From assembly GCA_045110475.1 (NCBI GenBank), contig JBGCGC010000035.1:6203-70202 (forward strand): a DNA stretch of 64,000 bases. Reading direction: 5' to 3'. The notes beneath the pieces are model-generated. The model searched no databases. It worked only from the letters and a program-made list of their open reading frames with translations, and was not told where the DNA came from. Both the position numbers and the translations under genes were made by a program. The DNA is from Granulosicoccus sp. (GTDB lineage Bacteria > Pseudomonadota > Gammaproteobacteria > Granulosicoccales > Granulosicoccaceae). Position 1 is the stretch's first letter; the number at the start of each line of letters is the position of its first letter. Shown in pieces: positions 42,418 through 51,821 of the stretch.

Positions 42418-43380
42418 TTAATCGAGCTGGCCGCCCGGTGGATCGATGGAAAACGGAGCCGTTTGCGCTGTATTCGGTGCATTTTTAGCCAAACTCCAGC
42501 CACCTTCTGTATTGGTTTGCGTGTCGGCATTGAACACAATGGTTTGATAGAACAAAGGAGTACCTGCGCACCGACCTTCGCTAAAACCATATGAGTCCTG
42601 CACATCGGCCGAGCCATTTTCCTGTTGCTGACCTTGCTCCAGCAATTCCAGTGAGTCCTGCAACGCACCCCAGGTCTGCGGACCGACTTCACCGTCAGCC
42701 ACCAGACCAGCACCAAAGCTATCGCTGTCCTGAAATGCCACTACAGCAGCTTCAGAGTTCGGACCATAGATGCCGTCAGCAAATGCCGTATAAGTCTGTC
42801 CATCCGTACCACCAAATCCTGCGCAGAAAACAGCGCGCTGAATACCGGCCGCATACAGGCTGGTTGCGAACTGGCCATCGCCTGCGCCGTCGACCCTGTT
42901 AATCAGGCAGTTGTTGCCCCAGTCAGCGTCTGACGAATTATTATCCGTGCCAACCGTATCGCCGCCGCAGGGGTTGGCTGCAGAGACATCTGTAAAGACA
43001 ACCGGGTCCACCTCTGGCTCTCCAGTAAGATCATCAAGATTATCTCCATTGAGATCAACGAACGGGTCCAGCACATCTTCAATGCCGTCCCCATCAGCAT
43101 CAGAATCATCCTTGTTGGCGATCATGTCACCGTCAAGATCCTGCGCTCCGATGATGTCATCAAACCCGTCGCCATCAAGATCAACATTGTCGTCATCGAC
43201 ATCGAGAATTCCGTCTTCGTCAGCGTCCGGACCTTCTCCTCTGGGAAATCCATCACCGTCAGAATCTACCGGGGCGGAATCTCCACTACTACCACCACAG
43301 GCAACCAGGGTTGTCGTCAAGGCCGCAAGAGCCAGATATCGGCCGGAACATCTGCCTGCATGCATCAGAAGCTTAACCAT
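42418..43380 (-). CDS. Lipoprotein with DxDxDG (thrombospondin type-3-like, Ca-binding) repeats and a peptidoglycan-binding domain
   Basis: Lipobox LVAC; DSDGDG, DADEDG, DLDGDG, DADGDG, DLNGDN; PG_binding_1-like DGIYGPNSEAAVVAFQ...VADGEVGPQTWGAL; GGAG RBS before ATG 43380. Confidence 0.8.
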   Translation of the reverse strand: MVKLLMHAGRCSGRYLALAALTTTLVACGGSSGDSAPVDSDGDGFPRGEGPDADEDGILDVDDDNVDLDGDGFDDIIGAQDLDGDMIANKDDSDADGDGIEDVLDPFVDLNGDNLDDLTGEPEVDPVVFTDVSAANPCGGDTVGTDNNSSDADWGNNCLINRVDGAGDGQFATSLYAAGIQRAVFCAGFGGTDGQTYTAFADGIYGPNSEAAVVAFQDSDSFGAGLVADGEVGPQTWGALQDSLELLEQGQQQENGSADVQDSYGFSEGRCAGTPLFYQTIVFNADTQTNTEGGWSLAKNAPNTAQTAPFSIDPPGGQLD

Positions 43381-43394
43381 TTTGTCTCCAGATT

Positions 43395-43504
43395 CTAGAA
43401 CTAGGTGAGTGTCTGACGGTATTAGCTTGCCACAGGCCATGAATCTGCAAGGTCAAAGCACAATCGTGGTGTCACGATTGCTCTACCGTCAGAGCCTAGT
43501 CTAG
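43395..43504. promoter_or_regulatory. Nested inverted-repeat element upstream of the lipoprotein gene
   Basis: TCTGACGGTA (43412-21) / TACCGTCAGA (43484-93), outer ACTAGG/CCTAGT and CTAG/CTAG, inner CAATCGTG-GTGT-CACGATTG (43461-80). Confidence 0.55.
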
Positions 43505-43642
43505 TCGATCTCGGGACTCGATCGCTACCTCAGACGTCAATTGAGGTCAGCAGATCTGCACTTATAGTACATTAATAGGCAATATATTGACGTTAACAGC
43601 CCAACTACTCTGGAAACACAGGTAAGTACGGGCACAACACTA

Positions 43643-44095
43643 TCAAGCGGCCTGCTGCGCTCCCGCAGAATCCTCGGTGACTGCAACGGCCAACGGTAAT
43701 CCTTCGCAACTGAAATTGATCCATTCGTGATCCACGTCATCAGCGCTGTCGCTGTTGATGATTGTGGGAAGGGACAGGTCACAAGTCTCCGGTAGCAAGC
43801 ATTTTACGGTACCCCCCAACATATTAGTCAGTTCGGTTAGCGTGTCTGAACGGTCCATGTCCGTCGCATCATCTGAATGACAATTGAACATCACACCTGC
43901 GGCGTGTGATAAAAACTTCTCGCTAGCGCGAACCGTCACCACGCCCTGCCACGCGCCGCTAATAGAGATTTGGGAAATCAGATAATCGCTCAGTGTCAGC
44001 TCAACAGCCTCACCTTCGCTGATGGGTAACTCAAGAACAGTCATCCAGACTACCTCAACAATCTCAGTTAATTCCTCTTCGCTTATGACACTCAT
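43643..44095 (-). CDS. cheX: CheX-family phosphatase
   Basis: ISISGAWQG and ExxN motif ELTNMLGG; last gene of the che cluster. Confidence 0.8.
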   Translation of the reverse strand: MSVISEEELTEIVEVVWMTVLELPISEGEAVELTLSDYLISQISISGAWQGVVTVRASEKFLSHAAGVMFNCHSDDATDMDRSDTLTELTNMLGGTVKCLLPETCDLSLPTIINSDSADDVDHEWINFSCEGLPLAVAVTEDSAGAQQAA

Positions 44096-44109
44096 GTTTG
44101 TTGCTCCAC

Positions 44110-44922
44110 TCAGGCGATTTTGTAGTAGTGACTACGATCAGTTGTGACCCGCTGATAATCTGTATCCAGATTGAGGGTCGTCTCAGACAGTCCCAGAAAC
44201 AGACACCCGCCAGGTTTGAGAATCTTCCCCGTATTTTGAAGAATTCTTGCTTTTACATCCGGATCGAAATAGATCAACACGTTACGCAGGAAAATAATGT
44301 CCATATTGGGCAGACCACGCCAGTCGCGAATCAGATTGAGTTGTTCGAAGGTCACCATGTCACGCAGCTTTGGACTCACCTCCCACGATAGTCCCTGCTG
44401 TTGAAAATACTTGGCAAGCAACTGCATGGGTAAGCCACGGTTAACTTCCAGACGGTTGTAACGTCCGGTGGATGCCTTGGCCAGCACTTCTTCAGAAATG
44501 TCTGTTCCCTTAATGGCAACTCTTGAAACAAGCTGCGGGCAATACTCATGAATGGCCATCGCAATCGTATACGGCTCTTGTCCGGTTGAACAAGCAGCAC
44601 ACCAGATATTGATTGAATCAGAGTGTGATTTCGCGATGACAGGCAAGACGTCTTTGCATAAGGTTTCAAATGGGTGTGAATCACGGAAAAATGATGTTTC
44701 ATTGGTTGTCATCGCTTCCACCACTCGTTCTGCCAAAGTGGCATCCCGACCACCACGCAATCCCGCGAGCAAGTCTGGTAAACCTGTGTAATCGGTTTTG
44801 CGTGCCAAAGAGGTTAAACGCGATTCCACAAGATATTTCATATCTGCGTCAAGGGCGATTGCTGATTCTTTGTAAACCAGATCACGCACGAAATCGAAGT
44901 CCGAATTGCTGATCTCGCTCAT
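44110..44922 (-). CDS. cheR: Chemotaxis methyltransferase
   Basis: TTNETSFFRD, IWCAACSTGQEPY, RNVLIYFD; ATGA overlap with cheB. Confidence 0.96.
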   Translation of the reverse strand: MSEISNSDFDFVRDLVYKESAIALDADMKYLVESRLTSLARKTDYTGLPDLLAGLRGGRDATLAERVVEAMTTNETSFFRDSHPFETLCKDVLPVIAKSHSDSINIWCAACSTGQEPYTIAMAIHEYCPQLVSRVAIKGTDISEEVLAKASTGRYNRLEVNRGLPMQLLAKYFQQQGLSWEVSPKLRDMVTFEQLNLIRDWRGLPNMDIIFLRNVLIYFDPDVKARILQNTGKILKPGGCLFLGLSETTLNLDTDYQRVTTDRSHYYKIA

Positions 44923-46079
44923 GCGCACCCTCCTGAAGTAGTGTTGTGTTTGTGTGTATCTGAATTAGCTGCTGCATGAGTGTTCAGTCGTGATACTCGT
45001 CTGACTCGGGCAATTACCGCCTCTGCCATTCTGTCCAGCGCAACCTCCTCCTGTGCGAGACCCGCCATGGCGACCAGCTTGGGCATTCCCCATACAATAG
45101 ACGTCGCTTTGTCCTGAACGATTATGGGGCAGTTGGCAGCTGATAGCGCCTCGCAACCTTTGAGCCCGTCAGCTCCCATCCCCGTGAGAATCACGCCCAA
45201 GCATCTATCGCCGAATATCGACGGAATGGATCGGAACAGAGGATCGACCGAAGGCCGACAGGAGTTCTCAGGTTCGTCCTTGTTCAGATTAACAATAACA
45301 TCAGTACCAATACGATCCAGCGTCATGTGATAGCCGCCCGGTGCGATATAAACCGTCCCACCACGAATCTTGTCACCTATTTGCGCCTCGACCACTTTCA
45401 ACAAACTGGCAGCATCAAGACGTCTGGCAAGCTTCCCAGTAAACTCCGCCGGCATATGCTGAACGATCACAATAGGCACGCCAAAATCCGCAGGTAATGC
45501 CGACAAGAGTTTAGCCAGGGCATCAGGGCCACCTGTGGATACACCAATGGCCACGATATCTATTCCGCTGACATTCGATGGCGGTACCGTTGCAGTTCTT
45601 GCAGAGCGTTTCGGCGTAAACTCCGCCTGCATCTTGTTAGTCGTCTGTGCAACAGGTGTCCGGGTAACTTCGACATTACAAAGAGCCTCAATCTTGGGCA
45701 CTAGATCACGGGTGAGACCAGCGCGAATAGAATTAATACCATCCACCGAGCTTGGCTTTTCCGCATACTCACTTGCACCCAATGCCAGAGCATCCAACGT
45801 TGCATCTGACCCCTCTGAAGTAAGAGAACTCACCATAACTGTTTTGACCGAAGGCCACTGCTTGCGTAATTGGATCAAAGTCTGAATACCATCCATCTCA
45901 GGCATGAGAATATCGAGTGTCACCAGATCAGGCTTCGCCCGCTGCATCATGTTCAGGGCGACCCTGCCGTTTGAGGCAACGCCAACGACTTCCAATCCGT
46001 CTTGCGCATCAACTACATCTGACAATATCCGCTGATACAGACAGGAATCATCAACCACAAGGATTCGCTTATTAATCAT
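44919..46079 (-). CDS. cheB: Chemotaxis methylesterase (REC + CheB)
   Basis: LDILMPEMDG; catalytic GVSTGG, QHMP, TGMGADG. Confidence 0.96.
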   Translation of the reverse strand: MINKRILVVDDSCLYQRILSDVVDAQDGLEVVGVASNGRVALNMMQRAKPDLVTLDILMPEMDGIQTLIQLRKQWPSVKTVMVSSLTSEGSDATLDALALGASEYAEKPSSVDGINSIRAGLTRDLVPKIEALCNVEVTRTPVAQTTNKMQAEFTPKRSARTATVPPSNVSGIDIVAIGVSTGGPDALAKLLSALPADFGVPIVIVQHMPAEFTGKLARRLDAASLLKVVEAQIGDKIRGGTVYIAPGGYHMTLDRIGTDVIVNLNKDEPENSCRPSVDPLFRSIPSIFGDRCLGVILTGMGADGLKGCEALSAANCPIIVQDKATSIVWGMPKLVAMAGLAQEEVALDRMAEAVIARVRRVSRLNTHAAANSDTHKHNTTSGGCA

Positions 46080-46080
46080 C

Positions 46081-46467
46081 TCAAGCAGCAACAAGACCCA
46101 GAAGTCTGAGCTTTTCGATGATTACATCATCAGTAAACGGCTTCATCACATACTCATTGGCACCAGCAGCCATGGCTTTGACTACTCGTGACATTTCGGT
46201 TTCGGTCGTGACCATCATCAACCAGATATCCGCGTTGGATTTATCAGCCCGGACCGCCTTGACAAACTCATAGCCGTTCATTTCCGGCATGTTCCAGTCA
46301 ACTAGACAGATGGAAATATCATCATTCTCGGCGAGACGTTCCAGCCCCTCCAGACCATGAGCAGCTTCGGATGTCTTGAAATCCAGCTTATGAAGTATGC
46401 GTTTCAAGATCGCCCGCATAGCACGAGAGTCATCGATGATGAGTGCATGTACCTGAGCTTGTGGCAT
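46081..46467 (-). CDS. cheY: Chemotaxis response regulator
   Basis: IIDDS, VDWNMPEMNG, MVTTE, GANEYVMKPF. Confidence 0.9.
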   Translation of the reverse strand: MPQAQVHALIIDDSRAMRAILKRILHKLDFKTSEAAHGLEGLERLAENDDISICLVDWNMPEMNGYEFVKAVRADKSNADIWLMMVTTETEMSRVVKAMAAGANEYVMKPFTDDVIIEKLRLLGLVAA

Positions 46468-46544
46468 AACGTATTCCTGAGGTTATTCTAGTGTCAGGGA
46501 TGCTCGACCTTGGTCGCAACCCGTTGTGTTCGGTGATTGCCTGG

Positions 46545-47006
46545 TCAAGCAGCTTTATCAGCTCTGTTAAGTACATCCGCACTCACCAGCTTATCGATTG
46601 CCATGGTCAGCAACAAAGTACCTTCAAGCTTGTAGGCCCGTTGTATAAGCTCACGTGCCATACCACTGAGATTATCGGGTGGGGACTCAAAACTGCCGTC
46701 GGTAAGCTCAAGTACATCGCCGATACGATCTGCAAGCAAACTAAAAGCGCCAACAGGTGTACGAACGACAATATTCATGGGGTCCTCATCGTCGGCACGA
46801 TCAGGTAACTCAAGTAATCTTCTCAGATCGACCGCTGTAACGATCTGCCCACGCAAGTTAATAAGGCCTTTGACAACTTCAGGCGCAAGTGCAACCGGCG
46901 TAATCTCCTGAAACCGGATAATCTCCTGCACCTGCTCCACCTCAATACCAAAGTAGTAATTCTCAAGATAGAAGGTGCAGTACTTTTGCAACATAGGCTG
47001 ACTCAT
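46545..47006 (-). CDS. cheW: Chemotaxis coupling protein
   Basis: VQEII, GLINLRGQIVTAVDLR. Confidence 0.95.
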   Translation of the reverse strand: MSQPMLQKYCTFYLENYYFGIEVEQVQEIIRFQEITPVALAPEVVKGLINLRGQIVTAVDLRRLLELPDRADDEDPMNIVVRTPVGAFSLLADRIGDVLELTDGSFESPPDNLSGMARELIQRAYKLEGTLLLTMAIDKLVSADVLNRADKAA

Positions 47007-49765
47007 GCTACTTCTCCCAGCTCATTGATGAGATCCTGAGTACTGGCGACAAATGAGGTAACGTCAAACAGCTCGGTAACCTGACCATGAATCGCTGCTG
47101 TGCCAAGCACACCAGAACGACTTGCCTTGCCGCGCACCTCCAGCACTTCATCAACAACATCAATTATTTCTTTGACAACAAGACCAACCTGCCGACCTTC
47201 TTCACCAAAGACCACCACCTGAATAAGCTCACTCTCCTCCTCCTCGGCACTGTAACCAGAACGGCGCTCGTGAAGAAAACTGGATAACTCGACCAGCGGT
47301 AGTATCTGACCACGATATTGCACAACCTGAATTTCCCCTGCCATCTCGGTTTGACTGAGCTCGAACTGTTCAAGTCGCGCGACCCGACTCAGTGGTATAG
47401 CCAGCTTACCTTCGGCCGCCGTGCGAACCAGCAACAGGGTCTCACTCTGACCAGCCAGTTCAGCGCTGTCAGCAACACCGAGAGCTGCAGAACTTTCAAT
47501 CTTGTCGCCCATCACTCTCGCACGATGACCGATACCCTGAGTATCCAGAATCAGGGCGACTCGACCATCACCCATGATGGTCGCACCTGCAAATACCGGG
47601 ATCGACTTCAGCGCTTCTGCCAGTGGCTTGACAACAATTTCCTGAGTATCGTTGATTTGATCAACAACCAGCCCAAAGCGACACTTCTCAGCCTGCAACA
47701 CGACAATATTCAATGCACCGGGTTCCCTATTGCCAAGCATGAGCTCCTTCTGCAAATAGACCAACGGCAACAACTGCCCTCGCAGACGATGAACGGGGCA
47801 CCCATGAATATACTCAATGGCGTTCACCTGCTCTTCTTCGTCGATTCTGATGAGCTCAATGAGATTCACCTGAGGAATCGCAAATCGCTGACCACCCGTA
47901 GAGACAATCAACGCCGGCACAATCGCAAGCGTCAGTGGTACACGAATCTTGAACGTCGTACCTCGACCGACCTCAGTATCAAGATCTATGGCACCACTGA
48001 TTTTCTCGATATTGGTTTTAACAACATCCATTCCGACACCACGGCCGGATATGTTAGTCACCTGCTCTGCCGTTGAAAGACCCGGCAGAAAAATCATCTT
48101 GCAGATCTCCTGATCTGACATCTTGGCAGCCTGCTCACTAGTCACCACCCCGTTTTCGATCGCCTTCTTTTTGATCTTGTCTGCCGGAATACCGCCCCCG
48201 TCATCCGAAATTTCGATGTGAACTTGCCCTCCCTCATGGAATGCCCGTAGCAACAATACCCCTTCGGCAGATTTACCCGCCGCAGTACGCTGCTCTGGTG
48301 TCTCTATCCCGTGATCCACAGAATTTCTGACAAGGTGAGTAATTGGGTCTTTCATCGCCTCAATCAGAGACTTATCCAGTTCTGTCGATTTACCTTCCAT
48401 CTCGACGCGTATCTGCTTGCCACAGGCACGCGATAAGTCCCGAACAACGCGAGGTAACTTGGCCCACACACTGTGTATTGGCTGCATACGTGTCTGCATG
48501 ACACCTTCCTGCAGTTCACTGGTAATGAGATTCAAACGTTGAGCTGCAGCAACTACCTGAGTGTTCTCATGCATCCCAACATATTCAACTATCTGGTTTC
48601 TGGCCAAAACCAGTTCGCCCACCAGATTCATCAATGAATCCAGAACGGGTACATCCACTCGTATGGATGCTTCAACCACCGCTGCCGGAGGAGGAGCCTC
48701 TTTCGTTTTGACCTTTGTATTGGAAACATCGGCCGCACCCGTCTGTGAAACATTTGCTGCAAGCACATCTACGTCTGTGGTAGCCACTTGCGGAGCCTGG
48801 GCATCACTACGCTCAGCATTCGGCTTTGGCGCAGAACCACGTACTGCGTGCAAGGAATCTGTTGATTTTAATGAGCCGTTATCCTTAAGTTCACTCAAAA
48901 GATCAATCAATTGTTTGTAGCGCTTGGTTCCATCATGTCCTTGTGAGCTGATTTCGTGCAACATTGCACGCACTGCATCGACCATGGCAAGCAATCCTGT
49001 GGCGATCTGCTCATTCATACTGAATTCACCATCACGCAGCTTGACTAACAGGTTCTCACCGATATGGGTCACCTTCTCCAACTTGTCAAAACCAAAGAAG
49101 CCACAGGTACCCTTGATCGTGTGCATCGATCTGAAAATGGATGACAGCAGGTCCCTATTATCTGGCCGCTCCTCGAGTTCGATAAGTTCGCTGTCCACTC
49201 TATCAAGGTTCTCAAAACTCTCCTGCAGAAAGTCTTTGAGGACATCCTTCATCTCTTCATCGAGTTCAGGAACTACCGGCACTTCAGTGATGTCATCGTC
49301 ATCATCTTCGAGTTCAGCAGACACCTTCTCAGAATTTGATTCAGCCGCGTCCAGTGACACGGTGTCAGTTGATGATTCATCTACGCTACTGGTACCGTTG
49401 ACCTGAGCTTCCAACCTGTCTATGAGTGATTGATAATCGCCACCATCACCGCCGGTGGCCGCTATCATGTCTAGCTGCTCTCTAACGACGTCAACCATTT
49501 CCAGCAAGAGACTTGCCTTGTTTTCGTCCAGTTCAAAATCCTTGTTGCGAAGCTTATCGAGCAGGTTCTCACCCATATGGGTAACCTTCTCAAGCGTTGC
49601 AAACCCCAGAAACCCACTCGTGCCTTTCACCGTATGGATTGTCCTGAAAACATTAGCTAGCGTTGCCGAATCACTGGGATCCTGCTCCAGCGCAATAAAG
49701 TCCAGATCCAGTTGATCCAGACCTTCACGACTCTCAGACAAAAATTCCTGGAGAATATCAACCAT
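47003..49765 (-). CDS. cheA: Chemotaxis histidine kinase with two Hpt and two CheW-like domains
   Basis: FRTIHTVKGTSGFLG and FRSMHTIKGTCGFFG; LMNLVGELVLARN; RNSVDHGIE; SGRGVGMDVV; P5 plus an extra C-terminal CheW domain (QYRGQILPLV). Confidence 0.96.
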   Translation of the reverse strand: MVDILQEFLSESREGLDQLDLDFIALEQDPSDSATLANVFRTIHTVKGTSGFLGFATLEKVTHMGENLLDKLRNKDFELDENKASLLLEMVDVVREQLDMIAATGGDGGDYQSLIDRLEAQVNGTSSVDESSTDTVSLDAAESNSEKVSAELEDDDDDITEVPVVPELDEEMKDVLKDFLQESFENLDRVDSELIELEERPDNRDLLSSIFRSMHTIKGTCGFFGFDKLEKVTHIGENLLVKLRDGEFSMNEQIATGLLAMVDAVRAMLHEISSQGHDGTKRYKQLIDLLSELKDNGSLKSTDSLHAVRGSAPKPNAERSDAQAPQVATTDVDVLAANVSQTGAADVSNTKVKTKEAPPPAAVVEASIRVDVPVLDSLMNLVGELVLARNQIVEYVGMHENTQVVAAAQRLNLITSELQEGVMQTRMQPIHSVWAKLPRVVRDLSRACGKQIRVEMEGKSTELDKSLIEAMKDPITHLVRNSVDHGIETPEQRTAAGKSAEGVLLLRAFHEGGQVHIEISDDGGGIPADKIKKKAIENGVVTSEQAAKMSDQEICKMIFLPGLSTAEQVTNISGRGVGMDVVKTNIEKISGAIDLDTEVGRGTTFKIRVPLTLAIVPALIVSTGGQRFAIPQVNLIELIRIDEEEQVNAIEYIHGCPVHRLRGQLLPLVYLQKELMLGNREPGALNIVVLQAEKCRFGLVVDQINDTQEIVVKPLAEALKSIPVFAGATIMGDGRVALILDTQGIGHRARVMGDKIESSAALGVADSAELAGQSETLLLVRTAAEGKLAIPLSRVARLEQFELSQTEMAGEIQVVQYRGQILPLVELSSFLHERRSGYSAEEEESELIQVVVFGEEGRQVGLVVKEIIDVVDEVLEVRGKASRSGVLGTAAIHGQVTELFDVTSFVASTQDLINELGEVA

Positions 49766-49851
49766 TGTGTGCTTTCCCGGTAAGAAATCCAAAATACAAT
49801 GAACTCAGCGTTTCAAGATCACTGTCACAACAAACGCTCTCGCGTATCCAG

Positions 49852-49878
49852 CTATCGACCCTTAAACAGGGCACTGAA
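49852..49878 (-). promoter_or_regulatory. Candidate sigma28 (FliA) promoter of cheA
   Basis: Minus strand TTCAG-N14-GTCGATAG, similar to TAAA/TCAAG...GCCGATAA. Confidence 0.4.
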
Positions 49879-50178
49879 TATACAAACACAACGGAAGCGT
49901 TATTTTCACAGGGGTCTGATTCATAGCGCCCACAAAGGCGTATCAGACCGAAAGGTGCACACCGAGACAAGAAAAAGAGTACGGACAGGACACGCCATGA
50001 CATCGGAAAATAACCAACGACGGCACATACAAATGTTGAAAAGATGTCGACCAGTGGCAAACGGATCTGCAGCAAACGCTCAGAGCAACAAAGACATATC
50101 CATTGAAGGAAGGTGGCAGTGCACCTTCATTATACGGGCTAGGAATTTTCGAGCCTGACAAATTACCCGATATCAGAA

Positions 50179-51318
50179 CTACTTGACTGCCTGTAGCAGT
50201 TTATTGATCACTGGCGCAATCTGGTGTAGTTCAACAGTGTCATCCTGAGCTGAAATTGCGTCTGCTTTTCCCGGCATTCCCCACACCACACAACTAGCCT
50301 TGTCCTGGATGATAGTCGTACTACCCGCTTCACGCATCATCTTCAGACCCTGCGCTCCATCCTCGCCCATGCCTGTCAGTAACACACCAATTGCCTGTTT
50401 AGGCGCATGCGTCGCAACGCTTTTAAACAATACGTCAACTGATGGCCGATGGCCACATACTTTGGCAGTGTCGAGTATCTTCCAGTAAAAACCATCAGAT
50501 CGTTTTTCCAGCGTCAGATGCCGGTCTCCGGGCGCAACATAACCGTGCCCTGCCTGCACCAGTGCGCCATCCTCGGCAATGACGACGTTAAATGAACTTT
50601 GTCCGTTGAGTCGTTTGGCAAATGATCCCATGAAGTTGGCGGGCATATGTTGACTGATAACGAAGGCACTATCCAATGTAGTCAAGGGACTGATGACATG
50701 GCGCAATGCTTCAGGTCCACCTGTACTCGCACCGATAGCGATAATTCGCTTGATTGAACTACTTGCACGAACACCCTCACCGAGTTTGTTTTTAAGCTGT
50801 GCAAGATCCGGCAAGACGGGATTGACGCTAGTTGCTGCTTTGGGATTGATCATTTGCGCGGTTGCAGCTACCTTGACCTTGCGAACTAACTCCTGAATAT
50901 ACTCACCCATGTCTTCACCGCTACGAGCGCTGTGCTTTGGCATGAAATCAACGGCACCAGCCTGCAATGAATCCAGCGTCGCTGCGGCTCCAACATCAGT
51001 CAAGGAGGAAAACATGACAACAGGCATGGGGTGCAGACGCATGATGTTTTTCAGAAACGTAACACCATCCATCTTTGGCATCTCGACGTCCAGTGTCAGG
51101 ACGTCAGGCTTTAATAACTTGATTCGTTCACGTGCCTCAAAGGGATCCAGAGCATATCCAACCACCTCAAAGTCTGGATCATCTGCAAATGTAGCCTCGA
51201 GAAAGCGACAGATGGTGATCGAATCGTCAACGATCAAAACCTTGATTTTCTTCTCTGGCAAAGCTTGTGCAGCGTCTGCGTACATCAGCGTATCTCTCTC
51301 TTGTTTATGGTCTGCCAA
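50179..51318 (-). CDS. cheB: Second chemotaxis methylesterase (REC + CheB)
   Basis: LTLDVEMPKMDG, GASTGG, QHMP, HRPSVD, TGMGEDG. Confidence 0.93.
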   Translation of the reverse strand: MADHKQERDTLMYADAAQALPEKKIKVLIVDDSITICRFLEATFADDPDFEVVGYALDPFEARERIKLLKPDVLTLDVEMPKMDGVTFLKNIMRLHPMPVVMFSSLTDVGAAATLDSLQAGAVDFMPKHSARSGEDMGEYIQELVRKVKVAATAQMINPKAATSVNPVLPDLAQLKNKLGEGVRASSSIKRIIAIGASTGGPEALRHVISPLTTLDSAFVISQHMPANFMGSFAKRLNGQSSFNVVIAEDGALVQAGHGYVAPGDRHLTLEKRSDGFYWKILDTAKVCGHRPSVDVLFKSVATHAPKQAIGVLLTGMGEDGAQGLKMMREAGSTTIIQDKASCVVWGMPGKADAISAQDDTVELHQIAPVINKLLQAVK

Positions 51319-51398
51319 GACGCGTCAGGCGTCTTAGGCTGACGAACACTATGCAAAATATAGTTTGCAACTCGCGCTCCACCTGGAATGCCAATCAT

Positions 51399-51821
51399 CT
51401 ACTTGTTACCCGTTACGCATTGGCTGGACTCTACAAGTCCTCTCAACACAGAGCGATTACAAATCTCTGCCTTGTCCAGTACATTTGCCCCCATACTTTC
51501 AAGTTGGGCGCGTTGATCTTTCTGTAGATCAAGGGCTGAACACAGATAGATGGAACATGCCTTGGTATCAGTCATGGCGCTTAACCTAGAAATAAAATCG
51601 ATGCCGTTTTGTGTAGGCATGTAGTAGTCAACGATCAACACTCCGGGCATTGACTCACACAAACTGGCCAATGCACACTCTGGATCACTGAACAGGCGAT
51701 GGGTCGATGGTGTATCACGGAAAATCCATGAAACCATCTCCAATGTCAGTTGATCATCATCAACTACGACAATATCTACTGGCAGATCTGAATCGTCATC
51801 CTTGTGAAATGCCAGATTCAT
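51399..51821 (-). CDS. Single-domain response regulator
   Basis: VVVDDD, IVDYYMP, CSA, DK; ATG 51821 overlaps the upstream stop (ATGA). Confidence 0.85.
   Translation of the reverse strand: MNLAFHKDDDSDLPVDIVVVDDDQLTLEMVSWIFRDTPSTHRLFSDPECALASLCESMPGVLIVDYYMPTQNGIDFISRLSAMTDTKACSIYLCSALDLQKDQRAQLESMGANVLDKAEICNRSVLRGLVESSQCVTGNK

Noticed and set aside
49799-50161. Small ORFs between cheA and the second cheB as a possible MCP remnant
   Set aside because: No MCP hairpin signature (e.g. QTNLLALNAAIEAARAG) appears in the ORF-track translations for this gap.
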